From positions 1,912 to 65,911 of the forward strand of contig QHVM01000023.1 of assembly GCA_003223555.1 (NCBI GenBank): a stretch of 64,000 bases of DNA, in the 5' to 3' direction. Below, in pieces: positions 47,590 through 56,284 of the stretch. This stretch comes from Acidobacteriota bacterium (GTDB lineage Bacteria; Acidobacteriota; Vicinamibacteria; Fen-336). Position 1 is the stretch's first letter. The number at the start of each line of letters is the position of its first letter. A model generated the notes under the pieces. The model had not been told where the DNA came from and did no database searches. It saw only the letters and a list, made by a program, of their open reading frames with translations. The translations under genes and the position numbers were made by a program.

Positions 47590-49319
47590 GACTCGCGCTT
47601 CTTCACTCGGTAGATGGCAACGTAGTCGCCGTCGGGGTCGCCGGTGAAGAAGACGCTCTGGAGATGCCGCTGCGCGCCGATGCGGCCGAGGTCGGTGCCG
47701 GAGTAGTACGTACTCAAGAGATAGGGGGTCACCACCAGGTAGCGCACTCCGTAACGGGCGGCGGCGGCCACGGCCGCCTCCGGATCCGGGCCGGCGACCA
47801 GCATCCCCTGCAGCCGCCACCTCTCGTCCCAGTCACGGGGCAGGGGCAGCGTGAGGCCGACGAGCGCCCGCCGGCCGGCGAGGGCCGCGACGTACCGCGC
47901 GAAGTCCGGGTCTCCGGCGATCACGTCCTGCGGCGCGGTCTGCCCGCGGATGAAGTCCGTGGCTTGCCGCAGCGGCGCCGCCAGCGGGGGGAGCGAGAGC
48001 GTGAAGTAGCCGTCCATCGATGCCGGGTTCCACCAGTAGGGCAGCGTGAAGGGCAGGAGCAGCGCTCCGAGCGCCGCGGCCCGGATCGCGGGCGCCACCG
48101 GCGGCCGGGCCAGCCATGCCGCCGCCCGTCCTCCGAGGTCCCAGCACCCGATGCCCGCGACCGCGGCCAGGAGGAAAGCGTTCCAGTAGTAGATCTCGTC
48201 GCGCTCGCGCGCGAGCTGAAGCGCGCTGAGGACGTAATAGGCCAGCCACAGCGCGAGGCCGCCCACCACCTGCGCCGCCCACAGCCGGCTGAGCCGGTCG
48301 CCGCGCCGCAGCAGGACGACGAGCCCCCACAGCCCGAGCCAGAAGACGAAGCCATGCCGGAAGGTCACCTCCATGAGGTGGGCGGAGGCCGGGTCGAGGG
48401 TCATGAGCGGGCTCCGGGTGAACGCCGGATAGCCGGCCACCAGCATGACGAGGTACGGGCTCACGACGAGGAGGTTGACCCCGATCACGACCGCGGAGTC
48501 CAGCGCGTCCCGCCGCGCCTCGCCCGGCCATCGCAGCATCGACAGGGCCGTGAACGCGGCCAGACCGACCACGAGGTAGAACATGTGGAGGACGAAGACC
48601 CAGCCCATCACGTGGAGGAGGAGACCGGTCACGAGCCGGCCGCGCCAGGTGCGGATGCTGGCGAAGGCCCTCAGCACGATCGGCAACATCACGAGTCCGA
48701 GAGCGTGGTTGGGCTTGAGGAGGAAGGTCATGGCCCACGGCACCCGGTATGGGCGGGTGGAGTCGAAGGGCATCGAGCACAGCAACGTCGCGAAGCCGGC
48801 GGCGAACACGGCTTCCCAGCGGCGGCCGCCCCTCTCCCCCGGGCCCGGCCGGAGCCCGAGAGAGATGGACACCGCGAGGGCCGCCATCATGATCAGCGAG
48901 AACCAGGGATACAGGCGAAGGACGCGCTCCACGTTCCAGCCCGAGACGGCCGCCACCAGCAGGCCCCAGAACGGCTCGAAGTGCATCTGGCCCACCTGCC
49001 AGGTCTGGAGGGGCGGGTTGCCGGCGGCCACGACCTGGCAGAGCGCGACGTTTCCCACCCGGTCACGGCTGGGGCCGAACGCGTAGATCCGCTGCAGGGG
49101 GTAGTTGGTCTCCAGCCATGCGAACGCGTTGGCGGCCACGATCCCGGCCAGCAGCCACCCGGCGCGGCGGATGCGAAGGAGAGCCCCGAGCCACAGCAGG
49201 CCCAGGAGCGGGTAGAGATGGCGGGCGGTGGCGAGGAACGCAGGCACGTCCAGGCCGTGGACGTCGATGCCCAGGAAGTTGGTGCCCGCGTCGCCCAATC
49301 GCCCGAGATCGTACTCCAT
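47586..49319 (-). CDS. large polytopic membrane protein with C-terminal extracytoplasmic domain, paralog (candidate GT-C-type glycosyltransferase)
   Basis: MEYDLGRLGDAGTNFLGIDVHG... many TM segments ...YLVVTPYLLSTYYSG...YVAIYRVKK; start at the ATG at 49319. Confidence 0.6.
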   Translation of the reverse strand: MEYDLGRLGDAGTNFLGIDVHGLDVPAFLATARHLYPLLGLLWLGALLRIRRAGWLLAGIVAANAFAWLETNYPLQRIYAFGPSRDRVGNVALCQVVAAGNPPLQTWQVGQMHFEPFWGLLVAAVSGWNVERVLRLYPWFSLIMMAALAVSISLGLRPGPGERGGRRWEAVFAAGFATLLCSMPFDSTRPYRVPWAMTFLLKPNHALGLVMLPIVLRAFASIRTWRGRLVTGLLLHVMGWVFVLHMFYLVVGLAAFTALSMLRWPGEARRDALDSAVVIGVNLLVVSPYLVMLVAGYPAFTRSPLMTLDPASAHLMEVTFRHGFVFWLGLWGLVVLLRRGDRLSRLWAAQVVGGLALWLAYYVLSALQLARERDEIYYWNAFLLAAVAGIGCWDLGGRAAAWLARPPVAPAIRAAALGALLLPFTLPYWWNPASMDGYFTLSLPPLAAPLRQATDFIRGQTAPQDVIAGDPDFARYVAALAGRRALVGLTLPLPRDWDERWRLQGMLVAGPDPEAAVAAAARYGVRYLVVTPYLLSTYYSGTDLGRIGAQRHLQSVFFTGDPDGDYVAIYRVKKRES

Positions 49320-49380
49320 GACCTGGCGCGGCGAGGGGGCTGCTAGAATGGCCGGCCGCTTCCATCGGGCGGCCGCCACC

Positions 49381-50211
49381 ATGATCCGCGCGGTTTGCGC
49401 CGCCGTCCTCGCGCTCGGCGCCGTCAGCGCCGACAGCGCGCCGGCCCTGCTGCCGGACGCCTCCGTGCGCCTTCAGGCCGCGCGATACGCGCCCGCCGAG
49501 ACCGACATGCACTGGCTCGGCTGGATCGGCGCCGGCGCCGGCCTGCTGGCGATCGACAAGGTGACCGCGTACCTCACGGCCGACGTCGAGACGATCATCG
49601 GCAACACGCGCCGGGCCTTCGACGCCACCCAGGCCAACTACCACCTCGAGCCCGGGCTGCGCGGAAGCCTGGGCGGAGGACGGGAGGCGACGCTGTTCTT
49701 CCATCACGTCTCGCGTCACCTGGTGGACCGGGCCAAGGCGGAGGCCGTGGACTGGAACATCCTCGGCCTGCGGTTCGCGGGACGCCGGCGGGGGCGGGTC
49801 CCCGTGGGCTTCGCGGCCAGCCTCGGTCACGCGACGCTCGCCTCGCTCGTCGGCTACCGGTGGGAAGCGACGGGGCACGTCGACGCGGCGATCGTTTCCG
49901 GCGAGAAGGCGGAGGCCTACGTGGCGGGCGACGCCCGTTTCGTCACCGTGGAGCGCTCGGCGGCGTTTCCCCGCGGTGATTTCCTGGACCGGTCGGCCGA
50001 GGCGGGCGCGCGCTGGCGCCGGGACGGGCGCACGCTGCAGACGTTCGTGGCCTGGGAGCGGCGCAACGACGTCTTCGTGGAGACCCCGGGCGCGCGCTCC
50101 CGGGCGCTCATCGGCTTCCGGATCCTATTCAATTCGGGGGGGTACAGAGCGGACGAAAGCACCCCCCCGCGCGCATTCGCGCTTTCCCCCCGGTCGCTCA
50201 CTCGGGAGTGA
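49381..50211 (+). CDS. secreted hypothetical protein, possibly an outer-membrane beta-barrel
   Basis: Signal peptide MIRAVCAAVLALGAVSA; alternating amphipathic beta-strand-like segments; last ~25 codons lie inside repeat copy 1. Confidence 0.5.
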   Translation: MIRAVCAAVLALGAVSADSAPALLPDASVRLQAARYAPAETDMHWLGWIGAGAGLLAIDKVTAYLTADVETIIGNTRRAFDATQANYHLEPGLRGSLGGGREATLFFHHVSRHLVDRAKAEAVDWNILGLRFAGRRRGRVPVGFAASLGHATLASLVGYRWEATGHVDAAIVSGEKAEAYVAGDARFVTVERSAAFPRGDFLDRSAEAGARWRRDGRTLQTFVAWERRNDVFVETPGARSRALIGFRILFNSGGYRADESTPPRAFALSPRSLTRE

Positions 50212-50220
50212 ATGCCTCGC
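50134..50220. repeat. REP-like palindromic repeat unit, copy 1 (G7...C7 hairpin plus TCACTCGGGAGTGA palindrome)
   Basis: cgggggggtac-N-gcacccccccg inverted repeat followed by a perfect 14-nt palindrome; ~75% identical to copy 2. Confidence 0.6.
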
Positions 50221-50235
50221 GTTTCTTCATCAATG

Positions 50236-50307
50236 TCGGGGGGTACCGACACAGAAGCACCCCCCAAACCCCCCAAGTCGCTCGCTCGGGATGAATCCCT
50301 CGCTCGC
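50236..50307. repeat. REP-like palindromic repeat unit, copy 2
   Basis: cggggggtaccgacacagaagcacccccc...ctcgggatgaatccctcg; same architecture as copy 1; between convergent genes. Confidence 0.6.
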
Positions 50308-50331
50308 TGCTTCTTGTCTCTCGCGGGCAGG

Positions 50332-50748
50332 CTACGAGCGCTTGTCGACGGCGCGGGCGAGCACGCTGCGCAGCTGGGCCTCGGCCGCCTTGCGCACCTC
50401 CATGTGGCGGCTCTCCACCACCAGCCGCTCGAGATACACGAGGTCCTCGGCCCGGTTCATGACCCGGACGAGGATCTGGCCGATGTGCCGGTCGCCGGAA
50501 TGGTCCTTGAGCAGCTCCGCGTCCCGGATCCGCTTGGCCGCCTCCTGGCGGATGAAGAAGTGCCGGTCGCTGCGCACGACCTCCATGAGCAGCGCGTCGG
50601 CGTCGTGCTCGGGACCCAGCGCCTCGATCCGGAAGAGCAGATCGTCGTCGCTCAGGGCCAGCCAGCCCGCAGCGCCTCCCCCGGTGCCCTCCGGCCCTTC
50701 CTTCCAGGGCCGCCGACGCGCCGAATCGTCCTCATCCACCGAAGTCAT
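50332..50748 (-). CDS. hypothetical protein (alpha-helical, possibly HEAT-like)
   Basis: Coding-like composition; last gene of the plsC-DUF4388-PilZ operon. Confidence 0.45.
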   Translation of the reverse strand: MTSVDEDDSARRRPWKEGPEGTGGGAAGWLALSDDDLLFRIEALGPEHDADALLMEVVRSDRHFFIRQEAAKRIRDAELLKDHSGDRHIGQILVRVMNRAEDLVYLERLVVESRHMEVRKAAEAQLRSVLARAVDKRS

Positions 50749-50793
50749 TTCCTCTGGAGGAGACCTGATTCTAGTCCACGGCCGACGGCGGGG

Positions 50794-51147
50794 CTACGAG
50801 AGCGCGGCGGCCAGCCGCCGGAACTCCTCCACCACCGACTCCAGCGTGCGCTGCAGCTCGGCGGTGATCCCGACGAAGGTGAGGCCGAAGTCGTGGCCCT
50901 TCCCGCGGGCCTTGACCCACTTGACCTGCCCGGGCAGCCGTGAGGGGGAGACGACCCGCCCGAGCCGGACCTCCACCACCACGCGGGCGTGGGCGTGCGG
51001 CGGCTCCTCCTCGCTGGACACGCGCGCTCCCCGGATGCTGAGATCGGTGAGATAGGCCGGCAGCCGGCGCGGGCCGTCCACGACCACGCAGGGGACGACG
51101 TAGGGCTGGATCCGCGGCGTCTTCCGCTTCTCGGGGGGTGCGCTCAC
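50794..51147 (-). CDS. PilZ domain protein (c-di-GMP receptor candidate)
   Basis: EKRKTPRIQPYVVPCVV (RxxxR-like) ... AYLTDLSIRGARV (D-x-S-x-x-G). Confidence 0.65.
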   Translation of the reverse strand: MSAPPEKRKTPRIQPYVVPCVVVDGPRRLPAYLTDLSIRGARVSSEEEPPHAHARVVVEVRLGRVVSPSRLPGQVKWVKARGKGHDFGLTFVGITAELQRTLESVVEEFRRLAAALS

Positions 51148-51148
51148 C

Positions 51149-51913
51149 CTACTCCTGGGGGAGCACCAGGCCCAGCCCCTCGTCCTCCTGGACGCGGGGC
51201 GCGGCGGCCGGGGCGTCGAGCCGGCGGACGACGCCGATGACCTTGTAGGCCCAGAGCACTCGGCAGACCTCGAAGTCCGAGAGAGTCGAGTCCTGGCACA
51301 GGGCCTCGAGCGTGGCGGGCCGGTTGAGCCCCGTGAGCAGGCTGAGCTTCTCCAGGGAGGGGCTCATCGAGCGCAGCACGTCTTCGTAGTCCGCCGAGCG
51401 CTCGTACCGCGCGTCGAGCCCGCCCACCGCCTGCTGGATCCGCTTCCAGGAGTCGATGCGCCGGATGCCCTCCACGATGATGTCCGGGGTGCTGATCTTG
51501 AGCGTGATGGACTCGGCCGGCACCGCGCCCTCCTGCATCCGGTACTGGCCTTCGGTCCATTGGAAGGCGCCGTAGATGATCTCCTGGGTGTGTTCCACCA
51601 CCGCCCGCACCAGCTCCTTCGGCGCGAGCACCCCCTGCTCGACGAGTATGGCTCCCAGCCGCTTGCCGGGGGCGACGACGCGCCCGGCGTCCGCGAACTG
51701 CCGCAGGCTGATCCGGCCCTGACGCAGGAGCAGCTCGCCCAGCCGGTCGTCGGGGCTGGTCGAGGCCGCGAAGACCATGCGGCCCTGCTGCACGGTGACG
51801 CTGCGGCCCACCCCCATCTGGGTGAGGGTGAGGACGCCCGTCCAGCGCCGCTCGGACAATCCATGGATGAGCTCGGGAAAGTCTCGCTCGACCAGGCTTC
51901 CCTGCAGCTTCAT
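51149..51913 (-). CDS. DUF4388 domain-containing protein
   Basis: GSLVERDFPELIHGLSERRWTGVLTLTQMGVGRSVTVQQGRMVFAASTSPDDRLGELLLRQGRISLRQFADA matches the DUF4388 consensus. Confidence 0.7.
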   Translation of the reverse strand: MKLQGSLVERDFPELIHGLSERRWTGVLTLTQMGVGRSVTVQQGRMVFAASTSPDDRLGELLLRQGRISLRQFADAGRVVAPGKRLGAILVEQGVLAPKELVRAVVEHTQEIIYGAFQWTEGQYRMQEGAVPAESITLKISTPDIIVEGIRRIDSWKRIQQAVGGLDARYERSADYEDVLRSMSPSLEKLSLLTGLNRPATLEALCQDSTLSDFEVCRVLWAYKVIGVVRRLDAPAAAPRVQEDEGLGLVLPQE

Positions 51914-52617
51914 GCGTTGTCCGCCAGGGCCTCGGCGATGCGGCCCCGTACCTCGGCGACGAGCCGCTCGCGGTCGTCGTAACTGTAACTCCCCGCCCGC
52001 ACCGGGTCCAGGAGGCGGATGCGCACCGTACCCGGCCGGATGCGGAGTCTCCCCCGCGGCATCAGCTCGCGCACCCCCTGGAGCGCCGCGGGCACGATCC
52101 GGCTGTCCGCCTCGATGGCCGCGACGAAGGCGCCCTTCTTGAAGGCACCCAGCTCTCCGGTGCGGGTGCGCGTGCCCTCCGGGAAGATGAGGAAGCAGTT
52201 TCCCTCCTGCAGCGAGCGCGCGGCGCGGTCGACGGCCTGGCGCGCCTGGAGGCGGTCGCCGCGGTCCACCTCGATGAAGCCGGCCACGCGCAGGACTTGG
52301 CCCAGGAAGGGGATCCTGAAAAGCTCCTTCTTGGCGATCGCCTTGAAGTCGAGCGCCAGGGCCTCGAAGAGGACCGGCGCGTCCAGGTGGCTCGCGTGGT
52401 TCGGCATCACCACCGTGTTGCGTCCGTCCCCGAGGTTCTCCCGGCCCTCGACGACGACCCGGGTGCCGCTCAGCAGGAGCGCGATCCCGATCCCGAAGCG
52501 GCCCAGCCGATAGAGGACCGCCGGCGAGCGCAGGAGGTGAGCCATCGGCAGCCCGACCAGGCTGGCCGCCGGCAGGTAGAGGCCCAGGAAGAGGAGGACG
52601 GCCGCGGTCCGGATCAT
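51910..52617 (-). CDS. plsC: 1-acyl-sn-glycerol-3-phosphate acyltransferase
   Basis: NHASHLD (HX4D) and FPEGTRTRTG motifs; N-terminal TM helix. Confidence 0.85.
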   Translation of the reverse strand: MIRTAAVLLFLGLYLPAASLVGLPMAHLLRSPAVLYRLGRFGIGIALLLSGTRVVVEGRENLGDGRNTVVMPNHASHLDAPVLFEALALDFKAIAKKELFRIPFLGQVLRVAGFIEVDRGDRLQARQAVDRAARSLQEGNCFLIFPEGTRTRTGELGAFKKGAFVAAIEADSRIVPAALQGVRELMPRGRLRIRPGTVRIRLLDPVRAGSYSYDDRERLVAEVRGRIAEALADNA

Positions 52618-52651
52618 GCCGCGGCGCTTCCGCTAATGGCGGCCGCGGTGT

Positions 52652-52972
52652 TCAGGACTCGGGATTGGGGTTCGGCGCCGCCAGCTCTTCGGACGGCTTG
52701 CCGTTCAGGAGGGCCTTCAACTCTTTGCCCATCTTGAAGTACGGGATCTTCTTCGGCGGCACATCGACCTTTTCTCCGGTCTTCGGGTTCCGTCCCTTGC
52801 GGGGGGCGCGGTTGCGGAAGCGGAAGCTGCCGAAGCCCCGGATCTCCACTTCCTGGCCGTTCTGCAGCGCGTTCACGATGCTGCGCAGCGCCGCCTCCAC
52901 GATGATTCCTGCCTGGACCTGCGTGATCTCGAGCTTGCGCGCGACGATGTTGATGAGGTCGGCCTTGGTCAT
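52652..52972 (-). CDS. HU/IHF family DNA-binding protein
   Basis: MTKADLINIVA...IRGFGSFRFRNRAPRKGRNPKTGEKVDVPPKKIPYFKMGKEL; start could alternatively be the in-frame ATGs at 52996 or 53062. Confidence 0.75.
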   Translation of the reverse strand: MTKADLINIVARKLEITQVQAGIIVEAALRSIVNALQNGQEVEIRGFGSFRFRNRAPRKGRNPKTGEKVDVPPKKIPYFKMGKELKALLNGKPSEELAAPNPNPES

Positions 52973-53143
52973 GGCGTTACGGGACGCATCATTCATCGCG
53001 ACGCTCCGCGCCAGGGGTGAAGGACGAAGCGGAAGTCTAGTCCGCTGATCCGCCGAAGTCAAGGAGCCATTGGAAGATCCGTCCCGACCGGGCCTCCCTG
53101 CGCGAGCGCTGGTGTCGCGTGAGCCGCGAAGGCCGGAGCCGTC

Positions 53144-53704
53144 CTACGCGTCGGAGGCGCGGCGGCCGGCCCCGACAGGCTTCTGGATCGGCTTCTTGCC
53201 CGCCTTGCCGTCGGCGCTGAAGGTCTTGGCCAGCGCGCGGTCGACCCGCTCCTCGACGACGGGGGCCGGCTTGCCTTCCACTTCGGCGATCTCGCTCACC
53301 AGGAGGAACTTCGCCCGGTCCAGCATGCGTTTCTCCCGGAACGAGAGCGCCTTCTTGCGGCTGAGGAAGGTCAGCCCCTTCAGCACGACGGCCACCTCGT
53401 AGAGGCTGCCGGTCCGCATCTTGTCGGAGTTCTCCTTGAAGCGGCCCTTCCAGTTGGGATGCTGGTCGATCGTCCCGTCGGCGAGCAGGTTGTAGATCCG
53501 CCGGACGTCGGCGGCCGTGATCACATGGCGCAGCCCGACCCCGTCGGCATTCTGCTGGGGCACCCACACGCGCGAGTCGTTGGAGAGGATCCGGAGCTGG
53601 TAGAGGCTGATCTTCCCTCCCGGGACGGGACGGGTCTGGATGCTCTCGACGATGCCGATGCCGTGGTTCGGGTAGATGACCTTCTCGCCGACCTGGAACT
53701 CCAC
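53144..53704 (-). CDS. cdnL: CarD/CdnL family RNA-polymerase-binding transcription factor
   Basis: MEFQVGEKVIYPNHGIGIVESIQTRPVPGGKISLYQLRIL (CarD_CdnL_TRCF domain); GTG start preceded by AGAGAGG. Confidence 0.8.
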   Translation of the reverse strand: MEFQVGEKVIYPNHGIGIVESIQTRPVPGGKISLYQLRILSNDSRVWVPQQNADGVGLRHVITAADVRRIYNLLADGTIDQHPNWKGRFKENSDKMRTGSLYEVAVVLKGLTFLSRKKALSFREKRMLDRAKFLLVSEIAEVEGKPAPVVEERVDRALAKTFSADGKAGKKPIQKPVGAGRRASDA

Positions 53705-53780
53705 ACTGACCTCTCTTTCCAAAGAGCGCGGGGGGGCTGGAAAGCCTGCAGGGAGCGCACGATTGTGATCCGAGGCCTTG

Positions 53781-53809
53781 ATTCTAACAGAGAGTCGCCG
53801 CAGGGGCAA
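53781..53809 (-). promoter_or_regulatory. candidate sigma70-type promoter for cdnL (TTGCCC-N17-TAGAAT on minus strand)
   Basis: minus-strand -35 TTGCCC (53809..53804), 17-nt spacer, -10 TAGAAT (53786..53781), ~75 nt upstream of the cdnL GTG. Confidence 0.45.
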
Positions 53810-53847
53810 ACGGCATGAACGCGAAGAATGGACTCTTCCGAAGCCGC

Positions 53848-54966
53848 CTAGTAGCGGGACGGCCCGGAGACGAGGGCTTCGACGCAGGCATCGACGTCGG
53901 CCTCGTCGTTGTAGAAGTGGGTGGCGATGCGCAGGCCCTCCGGCTTGCTGGTGACGTGGATGCCGCGCTCGCGGAGACGGGCCGCCGTCAGTCGGGGCTC
54001 GGCCACGGCGCACAGCGTCTCGCCCGAGCGGAACGGTCCGCCCGGCGAGAGTACCTCGATGCGCGCCTGCCGAAGACGGTCGGTCAGATACGTGTTGAGG
54101 GCCAGCACCCGCTCGGCGACGGCTTCCCTGCCGATGGCCGAGAGGTAATCGACCGCCGCGCCGAGGGCGAAGATGGCGGCGAATGGCGGGCAGCCGGCTT
54201 CTGTCCTGCGGGCCGCAGCGACGGTCTGGTAGCGCCGGTTGTCGAAGGCGAAGGGGTTCGCCACGCTCATCCAGCCGATCGCGCGGGGTGGGCGGCGGGC
54301 GAGCAGCGCGCGGCGCATGACCGCGAAGCCGGCTCCGTAGCCGGCGCACATCCATTTGTGCCCGGCGGTGGCGAAGGCGTCGATGCCGCTCCGATGCACG
54401 TCGACGGGAAAGGCGCCCGCCGACTGGCTGCCGCAGACGACCAGGTTCCGGCGGTCCTTGAGAGCACCGAGGGCGTCGAGGTCCAGCCGGCAGCCGTTGC
54501 TGAACTGGACGTGGCTCACCGCGATCGTGGCGGCGGCGGGGCTCCCCCGGGCCGCGAACATCGCGGCTGGCAGCGTGCCCTGCTCGGGAGCCAGGAAGCG
54601 CACCTCGACGCCGCGGTGGATCCACGGCAAGGTGACGGTCGGGAACTCGGGCTCGGCGGCGAGCACCGGTCCGTCCTCGGCCAGGAGGTCGACGATCAAG
54701 TTGATGCCGGTGGACGTGTTGGGGACGAACGCGACCTCATCGGCCTCCGCGCCCACGAAGCGGGCCACTCGGGCGCGAACGGCCTCCTTCTTCTCCATCC
54801 ACTCGTCCCACGCCGCGTCGCCTTCCTCCTCGAGCTGCCGGTAGAAGGCGTCGACCGCCGCCCGCACCGGCCGCGGCGTGGGGCTGCCCGCGGCGGCGTT
54901 GAGGTAGACGCAGCGGGCGAGGGCGGGGAAGTCGCGCCGGATCTCGGTCCACTGCGTGGTCATCAC
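53848..54966 (-). CDS. class V aminotransferase / cysteine desulfurase-like PLP enzyme
   Basis: ...DAFATAGHKWMCAGYGAGF (PLP-Lys context) ... full-length fold type I. Confidence 0.8.
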   Translation of the reverse strand: MMTTQWTEIRRDFPALARCVYLNAAAGSPTPRPVRAAVDAFYRQLEEEGDAAWDEWMEKKEAVRARVARFVGAEADEVAFVPNTSTGINLIVDLLAEDGPVLAAEPEFPTVTLPWIHRGVEVRFLAPEQGTLPAAMFAARGSPAAATIAVSHVQFSNGCRLDLDALGALKDRRNLVVCGSQSAGAFPVDVHRSGIDAFATAGHKWMCAGYGAGFAVMRRALLARRPPRAIGWMSVANPFAFDNRRYQTVAAARRTEAGCPPFAAIFALGAAVDYLSAIGREAVAERVLALNTYLTDRLRQARIEVLSPGGPFRSGETLCAVAEPRLTAARLRERGIHVTSKPEGLRIATHFYNDEADVDACVEALVSGPSRY

Positions 54967-55442
54967 GCGCGATTCTATCGCCGCGGTGACCTGCTTCGGC
55001 AGGGACGTCGGGCATGCTCTCGACGTTCGCCCGCAAGCGGAGTGGGACGCCGTTCACCGGCTGATCGCTTCCGGCTTGAACGACTGCGCCGTCGCGCGCC
55101 ACCGGCATCCCGCGCCCGACGGTCAGGGACTGGCGCCACCAAGGTTCGAATGGATCGGAAAGGGCTCGCCGGAGCAATTGCCCGCGGTGTGATCGCGTCG
55201 CATGGGATGAGACAGCATATGCCTACTTGCTGGGCCTCTGCCGCATCCTCAACCGCGTCAATGGCACGGGCTATCCTCGCTACCACTTCAGCAACAAGTC
55301 CAGCGGAATAAGGCAGGTCTTCCGTGCGGCATGCGTTGACTATGGTGTTCACTGCACAACACCGCGAAGAGACCTGCTGTCGGTCGCGTCGTGGGGCCCA
55401 AGAAATGAAACGTTCGCGTGCTTGCCGTAAACTAGAAGGCTG

Positions 55443-55526
55443 GCCGGGGTGGTGGAACTGGTTTACACGATAGACTCAAAATCTATTGGGCTTCGGCCCA
55501 TGCGGGTTCGAATCCCGCCCCCGGCA
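55443..55526 (+). tRNA. tRNA-Leu (anticodon CAA), class II with long variable arm
   Basis: Acceptor GCCGGGG/CCCCGGC, D-stem GTG/CAC, anticodon stem ATAGA/TCTAT with loop CTCAAAA (U33, CAA, A37), variable arm GGGCTTCGGCCC, T-arm GCGGGTTCGAATCCCGC, discriminator A; ends +-1. Confidence 0.8.
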
Positions 55527-56284
55527 TAGCGCCAATGCGCGCTACCAGCCGCAGGCGCACCTGGTCGGATGACCAACTCTGCCTGCGCTGCGGGTGCCGC
55601 GGAGTCCGACGTCATTCAGTCCAGAGGCGCAGATTGGTCTCCACTGGGCGGCGCCTCGACGCAGAGGCCACCCGCGCTCGCGCCTTCGTGGCACGCCCGC
55701 GCCCCTCCTTCAACGCGTAGAGCGCGCGCAAGGACTCCCGCTGTGCGAAGGTGAGCACCACGTCGCCCCCCGGGCGAGCTCGGCCTCGTACAGAGCGCCG
55801 TTGAGCCGCCGGAAGACGTCGCCCTGCTCTTCGCGCGTGTACGGCGAAGTCCGCATAGCCGATGGCGAATACGTTCGCAGGCAGGAAAGCGGGCGCCGCT
55901 CGCCAGGTGGCGCTGCGCGTCGTAGGTCCCGCCGCGGCAGTTGAGACAGATCTGGGGCAGCGGCCGGATCCCATGTCGTCGAGGGCCGCCGTGTCGGCGC
56001 GCCGCCCGGCGTCGTAGACCGCGAACTGGACGCCGTAGCCTTCGCCGTGGGCCTCAGCCAGGGACGGCTGGGAGGAGCAAAATCGCAATAGGAGCCCTCC
56101 GTCGCTTCGGGCAGACCTCCCGGACGCCCGGCAAGAACACCCGCCACACGCACCAGAGCGCATCGTATCAGCCTGGGCTATTACCAGTGTTTTCAGAGAG
56201 ATGAGGATTATTCCCTGCGTGGCATGAGAAGTGCTTTGGATGAAGGCGCCCACGGGAAGTCCGGGGGGCGAAACGGAGGATGAC

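Noticed and set aside
55227-55430. 67-aa lower-GC ORF upstream of tRNA-Leu, considered as a possible small gene or transposase/integrase remnant.
   Set aside because: No start-site signal and no recognisable motif. It more likely reflects an AT-richer tRNA upstream region. It is mentioned only within the tRNA-flank finding.
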